A stretch of 64,000 nucleotides of DNA. It comes from an uncultured Candidatus Saccharimonas sp. GTDB taxonomy: Bacteria; Patescibacteriota; Saccharimonadia; Saccharimonadales; Saccharimonadaceae. Shown piece by piece: positions 38,533 to 46,151 of this stretch (position 1 is its first letter; every line of letters starts with the position of its first letter). The stretch covers positions 12,550 to 76,549 of the forward strand of contig CAUSJG010000002.1 of assembly GCA_963532115.1 (NCBI GenBank), in the 5' to 3' direction. A model generated the notes under the pieces. The model was not told the origin of the DNA and searched no databases. It saw only the letters and a program-made list of their open reading frames with translations. A program made the translations under genes and the position numbers.

Positions 38533-38797
38533 CCAAAAATTAATCCGTGACTTTCTGGAAAATATTATTTTAGAAAATCGCAATCTTTACGAAGATGGTT
38601 TTGAAGATATGGATTTTGACGAATTTTGCAGATATTACGAAATTGGTAATGGCCTTGCCGAAAAAATGGATATTAAAGACTTCCCTTTCGAAGATTGGCA
38701 AAACGATTATTATAATGAATATCTCAAAGAATGTAAAGAAAATAGTATAGAGCGTTCACAGCAGTTTGATGATTATCGACGAGCAGTAGGATTTTAA
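38522..38797 (+). CDS. hypothetical phage protein (acidic)
   Basis: 91 aa; AAGGAG RBS. Confidence 0.6.
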   Translation: MNFDQKLIRDFLENIILENRNLYEDGFEDMDFDEFCRYYEIGNGLAEKMDIKDFPFEDWQNDYYNEYLKECKENSIERSQQFDDYRRAVGF

Positions 38798-38808
38798 AAA
38801 ATAAGTTT

Positions 38809-38931
38809 AGCCTTCCAATGGGCACAGGTTTCGCAAGTGGTTTAGAGCTGCAGAAAAAAGTCGAGCACCTCCTTATTAGTAGCTCGCCGCGATTATTTCG
38901 TGGTTATGAGCCTTGTGTCCGTTGGAGGGCT
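38809..38931 (+). ncRNA. candidate structured RNA with an anti-Shine-Dalgarno-like loop
   Basis: A 20-bp closing helix pairs 38809-38828 with 38912-38931. It has 4 G:U pairs, so it is valid only on the plus-strand transcript. Internal hairpins include CGAGC-ACCUCCUUAUUAGUA-GCUCG, which displays ACCUCCUUA. Confidence 0.5.
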
Positions 38932-38950
38932 GAAATCTAAAGGAAGAATT

Positions 38951-39061
38951 ATGAAAATTTTAATTAATGGTGTTTCTAGAGTAGTTAAAATTAAAGTTAA
39001 TATTATTTCGCCAGAATGGCAAAGATATGAGGAATTAAGGTATGTTAATGAGAAAAACTGA
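38951..39061 (+). CDS. possible 36-aa ORF
   Basis: AAAGGAAG RBS; MKILINGVSRVVKIKVN... Overlaps the next gene by 20 nt. Weak support. Confidence 0.25.
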   Translation: MKILINGVSRVVKIKVNIISPEWQRYEELRYVNEKN

Positions 39062-39500
39062 AGAAAATCTGCACCTTAAAATTTGCGATTACCTGCGCAA
39101 GAATTACCCTGATGTGCTATTTCGCACAGATTTCTCAAGTGGTATGAAAATGAGCCCAGGTCAAGCGGCAAAACACAAGAAATTTCAGAAAGGACGAGCT
39201 TGGCCGGATCTGTTTATTGCTTTGCCGAGAGAGATGATTGCCGTAGACACAAAAAATGGCAACAGTATCTATAGTCAAAACGTTGGCGGTTTATTTCTCG
39301 AACTTAAAGCTGAAGGCACGAAACTTTACAAAAAGAATGGCGAAATGGTTGCAAATAAGCACTATCGAGAGCAAGCAGAAATGTTAGATAAGCTAATCGA
39401 ATCTGGTTATTATGCACGATTCGCCGTTGGTTACGATCAAGCAATTCAAATTATCACAAATTATCTCGGCGAGCCAAAACCAAAGAAAGTCGAATTTTAA
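39042..39500 (+). CDS. VRR-NUC-type PD-(D/E)xK nuclease
   Basis: 152 aa; WPDLFIA...GLFLELKAEG (D...ExK) with flanking VRR-NUC-like helices. Confidence 0.65.
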   Translation: MLMRKTEENLHLKICDYLRKNYPDVLFRTDFSSGMKMSPGQAAKHKKFQKGRAWPDLFIALPREMIAVDTKNGNSIYSQNVGGLFLELKAEGTKLYKKNGEMVANKHYREQAEMLDKLIESGYYARFAVGYDQAIQIITNYLGEPKPKKVEF

Positions 39501-39523
39501 TAACTAGAAATGAAAGGATAACT

Positions 39524-39709
39524 ATGAAACAACCTGATATTCAGCATTTGATTATGCAAGATCTAAAATTTAAAATGTCGGCTTGGCGAGCGATTGCGAT
39601 TATAGCCTTGTTACTATTTTCGGGTGCATTTGGGCTATTTATCGGCTCAGAAGCTGAACTCAAAAGCACTAAAACTAAGCTAAATACTACGGTCAATTGT
39701 CAAAAATAA
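39524..39709 (+). CDS. small membrane protein
   Basis: 61 aa; RBS GAAAGGA; TM helix AIAIIALLLFSGAFGLFIG. Confidence 0.55.
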   Translation: MKQPDIQHLIMQDLKFKMSAWRAIAIIALLLFSGAFGLFIGSEAELKSTKTKLNTTVNCQK

Positions 39710-39724
39710 ATTAAAGGAGAAAAA

Positions 39725-40132
39725 ATGTTTTTCAATAGAAAGAAGATAAGAGAACTCGAAGAAAAACTCCGAGAATGCGAATTGGAAAGCAGAAAATACA
39801 AAAAAATTTCAGCACTATTACATGAGAAACTCGAAGAATACGAGGAACTCTTAGATCTTAAAGACCAAAGGGTTGTAATCACACAAGACGGCAAATTTTC
39901 GCAATTAATGATTGGCGGAAAGCTCATCAGGAATGTCACCTCAGTTGAAGTTGAGAGATACGGATCGGGAGTGCTGAACGAGTTCAAATTTGGAATTTTA
40001 GCAGAAGATATAATCATTAGAAAGAAAGGAAGCAAAACATGTACCCGAACAACCAAGCAGATATCGACCGCCAACGGTCAAGAAAGCATAACGAGAATAA
40101 AAAGAATCGACGTGACAACGCTCGCAGACTAA
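39725..40132 (+). CDS. hypothetical phage protein (coiled-coil N-terminus)
   Basis: 135 aa; AAAGGAGA RBS. Confidence 0.55.
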   Translation: MFFNRKKIRELEEKLRECELESRKYKKISALLHEKLEEYEELLDLKDQRVVITQDGKFSQLMIGGKLIRNVTSVEVERYGSGVLNEFKFGILAEDIIIRKKGSKTCTRTTKQISTANGQESITRIKRIDVTTLAD

Positions 40133-40233
40133 CAATTCAAAACGAGCAAGCCAACGGAATTTATACCGTAAAAGAGAACAAACGAACTTATAAGCAGAAA
40201 TTGGAGGAACGAAAAAATGCTCAAAAAATTTAA
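40039..40233 (+). CDS. possible basic 64-aa protein overlapping the previous ORF
   Basis: AAGGAAG RBS 8 nt upstream. Overlaps 39725-40132 by 94 nt in another frame. Confidence 0.4.
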   Translation: MYPNNQADIDRQRSRKHNENKKNRRDNARRLTIQNEQANGIYTVKENKRTYKQKLEERKNAQKI

Positions 40234-40516
40234 TTTGAAATACGGCATTAAAGAGCCAGAAACACCAAAAAGTAAAACTCCCCAGTTTGAAGTCGGCGAG
40301 CAGGTCTACTATCGACCATATGAGCAACGCAACGAAAATCAAATTCACCTCGGAAAAATCGCACGAATTAGAGCAGACGCGCTCGGCTTCAAATTTTACG
40401 AAATTGTCGCTACACCGCCGAAACACCCGAACAAGAAATATATCCACTCATTACCAGCACAAAACATTTTTAAAATCGAAGAAATCGAGGGTAAAAATGG
40501 CGAAACCAAAGTATAA
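40217..40516 (+). CDS. hypothetical phage protein
   Basis: 99 aa; GGAGGA RBS. Confidence 0.55.
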   Translation: MLKKFNLKYGIKEPETPKSKTPQFEVGEQVYYRPYEQRNENQIHLGKIARIRADALGFKFYEIVATPPKHPNKKYIHSLPAQNIFKIEEIEGKNGETKV

Positions 40517-40670
40517 GCGAGAAAAGAATTGTTATTGTCACAACTGTATGAAATACTTTCATTATCTTGGCATAAATCGACACCGAGCTATGCACAGAGA
40601 TAAAAAAGAGTGTTGCAAGATAACATTTACTCACGGCAACACTGTGATTTATAAATTTGATGAAAAATAA
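40497..40670 (+). CDS. small Cys/His-rich (zinc-ribbon-like) protein
   Basis: Trimmed to ATG 40497 (GAGGGTAAAA RBS): MAKPKYKREKNCYCHNCMKYFHYLGINRHRAMHRDKKECC... Confidence 0.5.
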   Translation: MAKPKYKREKNCYCHNCMKYFHYLGINRHRAMHRDKKECCKITFTHGNTVIYKFDEK

Positions 40671-40681
40671 GGAGCGAAGAA

Positions 40682-40906
40682 ATGAAACCACAAGAACGAA
40701 ACCTTTCAGGAATTTATGTCCGAATAAAACGCGACGGAAAATATCAATCAATCGACCTCACGGACATGACGCCCGAAGAATTAGAAGAATTTCTCAACAA
40801 AGAAGATTTGACAATCGACTATTTCAGACGACTAACGAAAAATTTGATTGAAGTCATTCAAGAAAACGCCGACAAATACAACAACGAGGCGGACGAGGAG
40901 GAATAA
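40682..40906 (+). CDS. hypothetical phage protein
   Basis: 74 aa; AAGGAG RBS. Confidence 0.55.
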   Translation: MKPQERNLSGIYVRIKRDGKYQSIDLTDMTPEELEEFLNKEDLTIDYFRRLTKNLIEVIQENADKYNNEADEEE

Positions 40907-40910
40907 GAAA

Positions 40911-41324
40911 ATGGACGAATACGAAGAAGGCTTTGAATACTTTTACATCACCAGCGACCGCTTCGTGGACGGAGTCGAAACAAAAGACGAATACCTCGAG
41001 CAACGCAGGAAATCATTTGGCAACTATTTCAAAACCCGAGATGAAGCTGGAGATTATCTTTCATACCTGAAAGCAAGAGCAATCATCAAGCAAGATACTA
41101 AAGGATTCAAACCTGATTGGACTGATAAGAAAACAAGAAAATATTATGGCTATTGGGATTTCGAAAGAGGCTTCAAAAACTATTTTGAAGGTGGTAAACC
41201 TTCTTGGGATTCATTACAGACAACTAAGGAATCAAATATTTACTTTGAGTCTTGGGAAGATATTGAAGAAAGCTTCGAGAAGCATCCCGAAGAATGGAAA
41301 ACTTATCTGACTTATGAACAGTAA
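40911..41324 (+). CDS. hypothetical phage protein
   Basis: Trimmed to ATG 40911 (GAGGAGGA RBS): MDEYEEGFEYFYITSDRF... Confidence 0.55.
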   Translation: MDEYEEGFEYFYITSDRFVDGVETKDEYLEQRRKSFGNYFKTRDEAGDYLSYLKARAIIKQDTKGFKPDWTDKKTRKYYGYWDFERGFKNYFEGGKPSWDSLQTTKESNIYFESWEDIEESFEKHPEEWKTYLTYEQ

Positions 41325-41484
41325 AGAATGTCTTAATCCTGATTATGCTTACATCGTAGTAGAATACGAAAATGGTATCGTCAAAACTAAGTATGAGTTC
41401 CCTACAAAAAATTTAGCTAAAACATTTGTTAAAACGATGGGTAAAAATTTTAGATATAAGGGACAAAATAAAAAAGTCTCATAA
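41314..41484 (+). CDS. possible 56-aa protein
   Basis: Below the track cut-off. The ATG overlaps the upstream stop; MNSKECLNPDYAYIVVEYENG... Confidence 0.35.
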   Translation: MNSKECLNPDYAYIVVEYENGIVKTKYEFPTKNLAKTFVKTMGKNFRYKGQNKKVS

Positions 41485-41796
41485 TCTTCCGCCCTACCAT
41501 ATGGCGTTAAACTGGGCAACGCAAAACCTACAACTCTTTTGCGAAATGTTCTAAAAAAATATAGCAGACTTGGCGAAGTGAAAACTTCGCCCCTCGAATC
41601 TGAGCATAACTAATAATTACAAAATAATATTTAATAGAAGTTGTAAATATAATAATAGGTCTTGTGTGTTAGTGTCTATACACACAAAGGTTATGTTCAG
41701 ATTTGAGGGTTTTAGCAGAAACAAGCACCTTCAACACAATCATAAGCAATTTTCAAGTGTTTCTGCCCTACCTCAATAATATTAAAGGAGATAAAT

Positions 41797-42036
41797 ATGA
41801 AAAACAATTTTATAATAGTTCACGAAACACTTATACAATCAATATTAGCAGACATCTTTTCATTCCTAACGATTGCCTCAATGTTGTTATTTAATCATTA
41901 TCTGCTAAGCAGTAATGTATTACTTGATTTATGTTTTATGTATATGGCTTTCATTGTGATGAAATCGAAAGGCAATAAAAAGATAAAAAGGTTTGACACT
42001 AAAGAAGAAGCAATTAAATTTTTGGAGAAGCAATAA
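41797..42036 (+). CDS. small membrane protein
   Basis: 79 aa; AAAGGAGA RBS; two hydrophobic helices. Confidence 0.55.
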   Translation: MKNNFIIVHETLIQSILADIFSFLTIASMLLFNHYLLSSNVLLDLCFMYMAFIVMKSKGNKKIKRFDTKEEAIKFLEKQ

Positions 42037-42305
42037 TGGAAATGAAATGGCATAAACTCACTAAAAGACCTCTTGATGATGAGGAAAAAGAATATTATAA
42101 AGACAGCAAAATCAAAATCGATTTTATGTGGGATGGTTATGACCCAGACATAGGCGAAGAAGTTCTTGTTTGGATTCCTCAGCGCAAAGGAGTATATACA
42201 GATATTTGGAATGAGTATGATGATGGCATGGCTTTTGAATACACAGATGAAGAAGTTATTTACTGGATGAGCTTTCCAGAACCACCTGAGATTAAGAAGA
42301 AATAA
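42036..42305 (+). CDS. hypothetical phage protein (DUF551-like C-terminus?)
   Basis: 89 aa; ends ...VIYWMSFPEPPE. The family call is from memory only. Confidence 0.45.
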   Translation: MEMKWHKLTKRPLDDEEKEYYKDSKIKIDFMWDGYDPDIGEEVLVWIPQRKGVYTDIWNEYDDGMAFEYTDEEVIYWMSFPEPPEIKKK

Positions 42306-42314
42306 GGAGTAGAT

Positions 42315-42758
42315 ATGGAGAGCCTAGATAGAGAAACAATTAAACTCATAGAAGAATTATGTCAGAAAGAAGTCGAACGAATTGGACTGCCACTTATCTT
42401 AGATAAAGATGGTATATTCGTGGAAGATGAGGTGTCATATATTCGTCAGAAAATGCACCTTGATTTAGAGGGCTTTGATGAGATATTTGTAGATAACCAA
42501 AACCATCTAAGATTCAAAGACGGAAAGTGGAAACTTGAATATGATAAAGGCGAATTTTATGGGTATGAATTACATATAAGACGAAATGGCTACTCTTACG
42601 TAATAAATCTTCGATTGAATAATCATCTAACTAAAGAGAACCTTGTTAAAAAGTTATCATCTGATGAATTTAAAGAAATGTTCGACCAGTGTAAAGAGTT
42701 AGACAAAGAGCTATATGAAATAAGAGATAACTTAAAATTTTTCATAAATGAGGGGTAA
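42315..42758 (+). CDS. hypothetical phage protein
   Basis: 147 aa; AAGGAG RBS. Confidence 0.55.
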   Translation: MESLDRETIKLIEELCQKEVERIGLPLILDKDGIFVEDEVSYIRQKMHLDLEGFDEIFVDNQNHLRFKDGKWKLEYDKGEFYGYELHIRRNGYSYVINLRLNNHLTKENLVKKLSSDEFKEMFDQCKELDKELYEIRDNLKFFINEG

Positions 42759-43241
42759 ATGAAATACATAGTATTTGACATCGATGGAGTTTTGGCGGAT
42801 TGCTCGCATCGTTTGAAATATATTCAGGGTAAAGATAAGGATTACGACAAGTTCTATTCCGATGAAGAGATAATGAAAGACAGACTGATATTGGACATCA
42901 CGGACATAATAATAGCATTGGGAAATTTCGATGATTATACTGGTGTTGACGAAGAAGATCAAACTAGGATTATTTTTGTCAGTGGAAGAAATAAAAAATG
43001 CTTAAGTTCTACAATTCGGTGGTTAGAAACAAATCTAAATGTCTGTATTAATGAAGATAATCTTTTCCTCCGCTCAGAAAATGACTGGCGACCAGCTTAC
43101 CAAATCAAGGAAGATTTAATTAAAAAGCATATTGGCTTTAAAAATATTCTCTTCGCATTTGATGACGATGATAAAGTGAATGATATGTATAAAAAACACG
43201 GGGTTATATGTTATAAGCCTAATATAACGAGTGTCGTATAA
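42759..43241 (+). CDS. HAD-superfamily phosphatase (polynucleotide 3'-phosphatase/nucleotidase-like)
   Basis: 160 aa; motif I FDIDGVL, motif II VSGR, motif III FDDDDK. Confidence 0.7.
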   Translation: MKYIVFDIDGVLADCSHRLKYIQGKDKDYDKFYSDEEIMKDRLILDITDIIIALGNFDDYTGVDEEDQTRIIFVSGRNKKCLSSTIRWLETNLNVCINEDNLFLRSENDWRPAYQIKEDLIKKHIGFKNILFAFDDDDKVNDMYKKHGVICYKPNITSVV

Positions 43242-43255
43242 AAATAGGAATAAAT

Positions 43256-43495
43256 ATGAATAAAGCTAAAAAATATGACGATAAAAGAATTAAATCTCTT
43301 TTGAATCCGCGACTAAAGAAAGAGAAAACTATACGACGAGTATTTGTAAGTGATGAATTTAAACAGAAATTTAATATTAATTCACCAGAAAATATCTTTG
43401 AAATAGAAGTCGATCAACGAGTAATGGATAAAGAACATGAAAGAATTATAGATTCATCTATAAAAATTTTAGAAGAAATAAAGGAGCGAGTATAA
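43256..43495 (+). CDS. hypothetical phage protein
   Basis: 79 aa. Confidence 0.5.
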   Translation: MNKAKKYDDKRIKSLLNPRLKKEKTIRRVFVSDEFKQKFNINSPENIFEIEVDQRVMDKEHERIIDSSIKILEEIKERV

Positions 43496-43647
43496 TGAGT
43501 GATAATTTTAAAAATAACTTTTTAGTAATTTGTTTTCTATCAAATTTAGCGTTGTTGGTTTTATCTGATAATTTAGCACTTCGTATTTTGAACTTTTTAG
43601 CGATTATTTTGGTGGTTTATGTGTTTTCGCTAGTTGATAAAAATTAA
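43495..43647 (+). CDS. possible 50-aa membrane protein
   Basis: Below the track cut-off. TAATG overlap with the upstream stop; AGGAG RBS; two hydrophobic stretches. Confidence 0.4.
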   Translation: MSDNFKNNFLVICFLSNLALLVLSDNLALRILNFLAIILVVYVFSLVDKN

Positions 43648-43774
43648 CGATAAGCTTTATTTTTCTTGCAAAATTTGGTATAATTAAAGAGCCCGAGCGC
43701 CAGTTTCAGCGACTTTCTGGCTGAAGCTCGGCTATAAAGAACATTTGTTTTTATAAACTATCGACTTTTTAAAA

Positions 43775-43800
43775 AGAACCCGTTTTGGGTTCTTTTTATT
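43775..43800. terminator. bidirectional terminator where early and late transcription converge
   Basis: AAAAAGAACCC-GTTT-TGGGTTCTTTTTATTTT. Confidence 0.85.
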
Positions 43801-43815
43801 TTCTCAATTCTCTAT

Positions 43816-44067
43816 CTATTTCTTTGCACCAAGCTTAAATATCGGTTTCAACCCCGCAAAAGCAGTAGCAACTGCACCACTAATCGCCAAAATCTCTTTC
43901 GTTGCGTTTGGAATTAAAATTACACAAATTGTTGCAATTAGCATATTTGTCAAAATCCCAAGGTCAGCAATGAAATAGACTGTAGTTTTCGCCTTTTCGC
44001 TAATTCGTGGCTCATAGTCCGTATTTGCAATATTTTTAGCCACTTCTTCTTGCATTTTATCTAACAT
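43816..44067 (-). CDS. in-frame nested ORF: candidate 83-aa holin
   Basis: An internal ATG at 44067 is preceded by AAAGGAGATTGAA. Product: MLDKMQEEVAKNIANTDYEPRISEKAKTTVYFIADLGILTNMLIATICVILIPNATKEILAISGAVATAFAGLKPIF... Confidence 0.45.
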   Translation of the reverse strand: MLDKMQEEVAKNIANTDYEPRISEKAKTTVYFIADLGILTNMLIATICVILIPNATKEILAISGAVATAFAGLKPIFKLGAKK

Positions 44068-45480
44068 TTCAATCTCCTTTTCTGTCAAAGCCCTTCGTTC
44101 AGCTTTAACTTCATTTTTAACATTTTGCGACACTTTATTTTCAGCTTCATTTTGAGTTGCAATACCTTCGTTTTCAGGTGTTTTTGGCTCATTTTCGGGC
44201 TGTTTTGGAGCTTCGGGTTTAGCTTCATCTTCGCCCTTAACTTTTGCCAGAATTTTACCAAATCTTTCGTCCGAAAGTTGCGCTGGACAAGCCGTTGAAG
44301 AATGATCGCGGTGCTTTCCGATTTTATCAACACCAAGTGCTTGCGAAACTTTCTTTAAGACTTCGATATAACGCTCATCAGTTACATTGTCGAGAAACTC
44401 GATCGTAAAGCTTTCAATATTACTTTCGTGATTACCATTTGTGAACGCTGTATTTCCTTTTGGCACAACTTGAACAATTTTCTCATTCGAAACTACAAGA
44501 TGAGCGGATTTAAAGCTCTCCTTGCGCCTAAATTCATTTGTTGTCGCCTCAATTGAATCATTTGCTGTGTTATGAACTGTAATTTCACGAATTGGTTGCG
44601 AATCTCGCTGTAATTCATCAACAAACTTTTTCTGAATTTCATAATCTTGTGGAATATTACCAAAGTATTTTCCATTGTCATCTTTGAGATTTTTTCGCCC
44701 GTAGAACTGATTCGATACATGAGCTGGAATTACTTCATCTACAAAGTCGAACTCTTTTTCGAACTCAATAAATTCTGGAGCTTTATTTTCTGGAACTACT
44801 GCTTTAGTTTCTGGTTGTGGAGCGTTTCGAAAATCTCCAAGATTTGGCAATGAACCTTCTTTTTCATCGAAGGCTGAGAAGTGAAGGTAAACACCTGAAC
44901 GCTGAGATTTGAACCAACGATCATCACCATTTACATTTTCGCCATAAACCCAACCAGCCATTTCAATGTCTGAACCATCTGGATAAGTTGCGAACACGCC
45001 AGATTGAGTTGTAGGCTCATATCGAACATTTACTCCAACACCTGAATTTACTACACGAACATTGTCACTCTTTTCTACGACTTGAACACCACCAATTCTT
45101 TCACTCCAGCCAAGATATCGAAGTCCGTATATGCTGAACCACTGACAGATTTCAGCAATCGAGTTATAAATTCCTCTCGCTCCGCTATGAACTTCACTGT
45201 CATGAATCTCGATCCTTCCATCTCCGTGCTTAAACGCCCAACCTACGTGTTCGTAGGGGTCATATTCTCCACTAGTTATATCAAAGAAGACCGGAACCCA
45301 TAGTCCAACAGGAGGTTCTTCTTCGTGAATATTTCCCGCTGCCCTTTGAGCTAAGTATTCTAGCCCTGCCGATTCTCTACGAACAGGTGCATTAACTACA
45401 TCATCTGCGTATTGTAAACACCATCCTCGACTTGCTCTAATATCAAGGTTCGGAGTTGTTTTTTGAATATATTTTGACAT
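43816..45480 (-). CDS. multidomain endolysin: CHAP-like peptidase + SH3b-like + amidase_2 (PGRP-type) + C-terminal two-TM holin-like module
   Basis: 554 aa. GWCLQY...HVGWAFKHG (Cys/His peptidase), VNVRYEP...DDRWFKS (SH3b-like), ITVHNTAND...GKHRDHSSTACPA (amidase_2). aa 499-547 form two TM helices. Confidence 0.8.
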   Translation of the reverse strand: MSKYIQKTTPNLDIRASRGWCLQYADDVVNAPVRRESAGLEYLAQRAAGNIHEEEPPVGLWVPVFFDITSGEYDPYEHVGWAFKHGDGRIEIHDSEVHSGARGIYNSIAEICQWFSIYGLRYLGWSERIGGVQVVEKSDNVRVVNSGVGVNVRYEPTTQSGVFATYPDGSDIEMAGWVYGENVNGDDRWFKSQRSGVYLHFSAFDEKEGSLPNLGDFRNAPQPETKAVVPENKAPEFIEFEKEFDFVDEVIPAHVSNQFYGRKNLKDDNGKYFGNIPQDYEIQKKFVDELQRDSQPIREITVHNTANDSIEATTNEFRRKESFKSAHLVVSNEKIVQVVPKGNTAFTNGNHESNIESFTIEFLDNVTDERYIEVLKKVSQALGVDKIGKHRDHSSTACPAQLSDERFGKILAKVKGEDEAKPEAPKQPENEPKTPENEGIATQNEAENKVSQNVKNEVKAERRALTEKEIEMLDKMQEEVAKNIANTDYEPRISEKAKTTVYFIADLGILTNMLIATICVILIPNATKEILAISGAVATAFAGLKPIFKLGAKK

Positions 45481-45490
45481 TATTTCCTCC

Positions 45491-45796
45491 TTATTTTTTA
45501 ATTAGTCCGCCATTCAAAACGAATTGCACTAATGCTCCTAAGATTGCCACGCCTACAGCCCAAACAATTTTACTCTGATTCTCTTCGAGTCGCCGAAGAC
45601 GCTCTTTGTTGCGTTCAGCCTCACGACGGACACTCTCAATATCTTTTTGGTGCTCAGTCACCGATTTCGAAAGCCCTGCAATAATCTCGAGCTGATCGTT
45701 TGTATGTTCAACAATCTGCGTTAAACTATTGATTTTCTCTTCCAGAACATCAATTCGTGCTTCGAAGACTTCTTTGCTTATATATTTATCATCCAT
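45491..45796 (-). CDS. XhlA-like lysis-associated membrane protein
   Basis: Trimmed to ATG 45796 (AAAGGAGGA RBS). Coiled-coil N-terminus plus a single C-terminal TM (IVWAVGVAILGALVQFVL). Confidence 0.55.
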   Translation of the reverse strand: MDDKYISKEVFEARIDVLEEKINSLTQIVEHTNDQLEIIAGLSKSVTEHQKDIESVRREAERNKERLRRLEENQSKIVWAVGVAILGALVQFVLNGGLIKK

Positions 45797-45809
45797 ATTC
45801 CTCCTTTCT

Positions 45810-46139
45810 CTACACTTGTTTTGCCTTATTCTCTTCAAAATCCCAGATTTGTCTCGAACTTTTTTCTCTGAAATATTCTTTCTTCAAAAGCTCTTTCTCA
45901 ATTGCCTCCTTTGAAATTTCAGTTCCTTCAGATAATTGAACACTAAAAGTATTTAAACTAAGGTCTTTCGTGCTGTCGCCAGCCTTGCGTGCTTTCACCT
46001 CATCAGCATAAGTCGCTCCGTTCGCGAAACTGCGAATTACAACCGTTCCACTGCCGTTAAAACTTGTAGTGAATTGATCAACTTCATGCCAAGTCATCAC
46101 CGCATCTCGTTCATCTTTGATCATTTTTACAATAGCCAT
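45810..46139 (-). CDS. hypothetical phage structural/accessory protein
   Basis: 109 aa; AAGGAGAG RBS. Confidence 0.55.
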   Translation of the reverse strand: MAIVKMIKDERDAVMTWHEVDQFTTSFNGSGTVVIRSFANGATYADEVKARKAGDSTKDLSLNTFSVQLSEGTEISKEAIEKELLKKEYFREKSSRQIWDFEENKAKQV

Positions 46140-46151
46140 TTTTACTCTCCT

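Noticed and set aside
40287-40496. The first 70 codons of ORF 40287-40670.
   Set aside because: They overlap almost all of ORF 40217-40516 in another frame. The Cys/His-rich part starts at an ATG (40497) with its own RBS.
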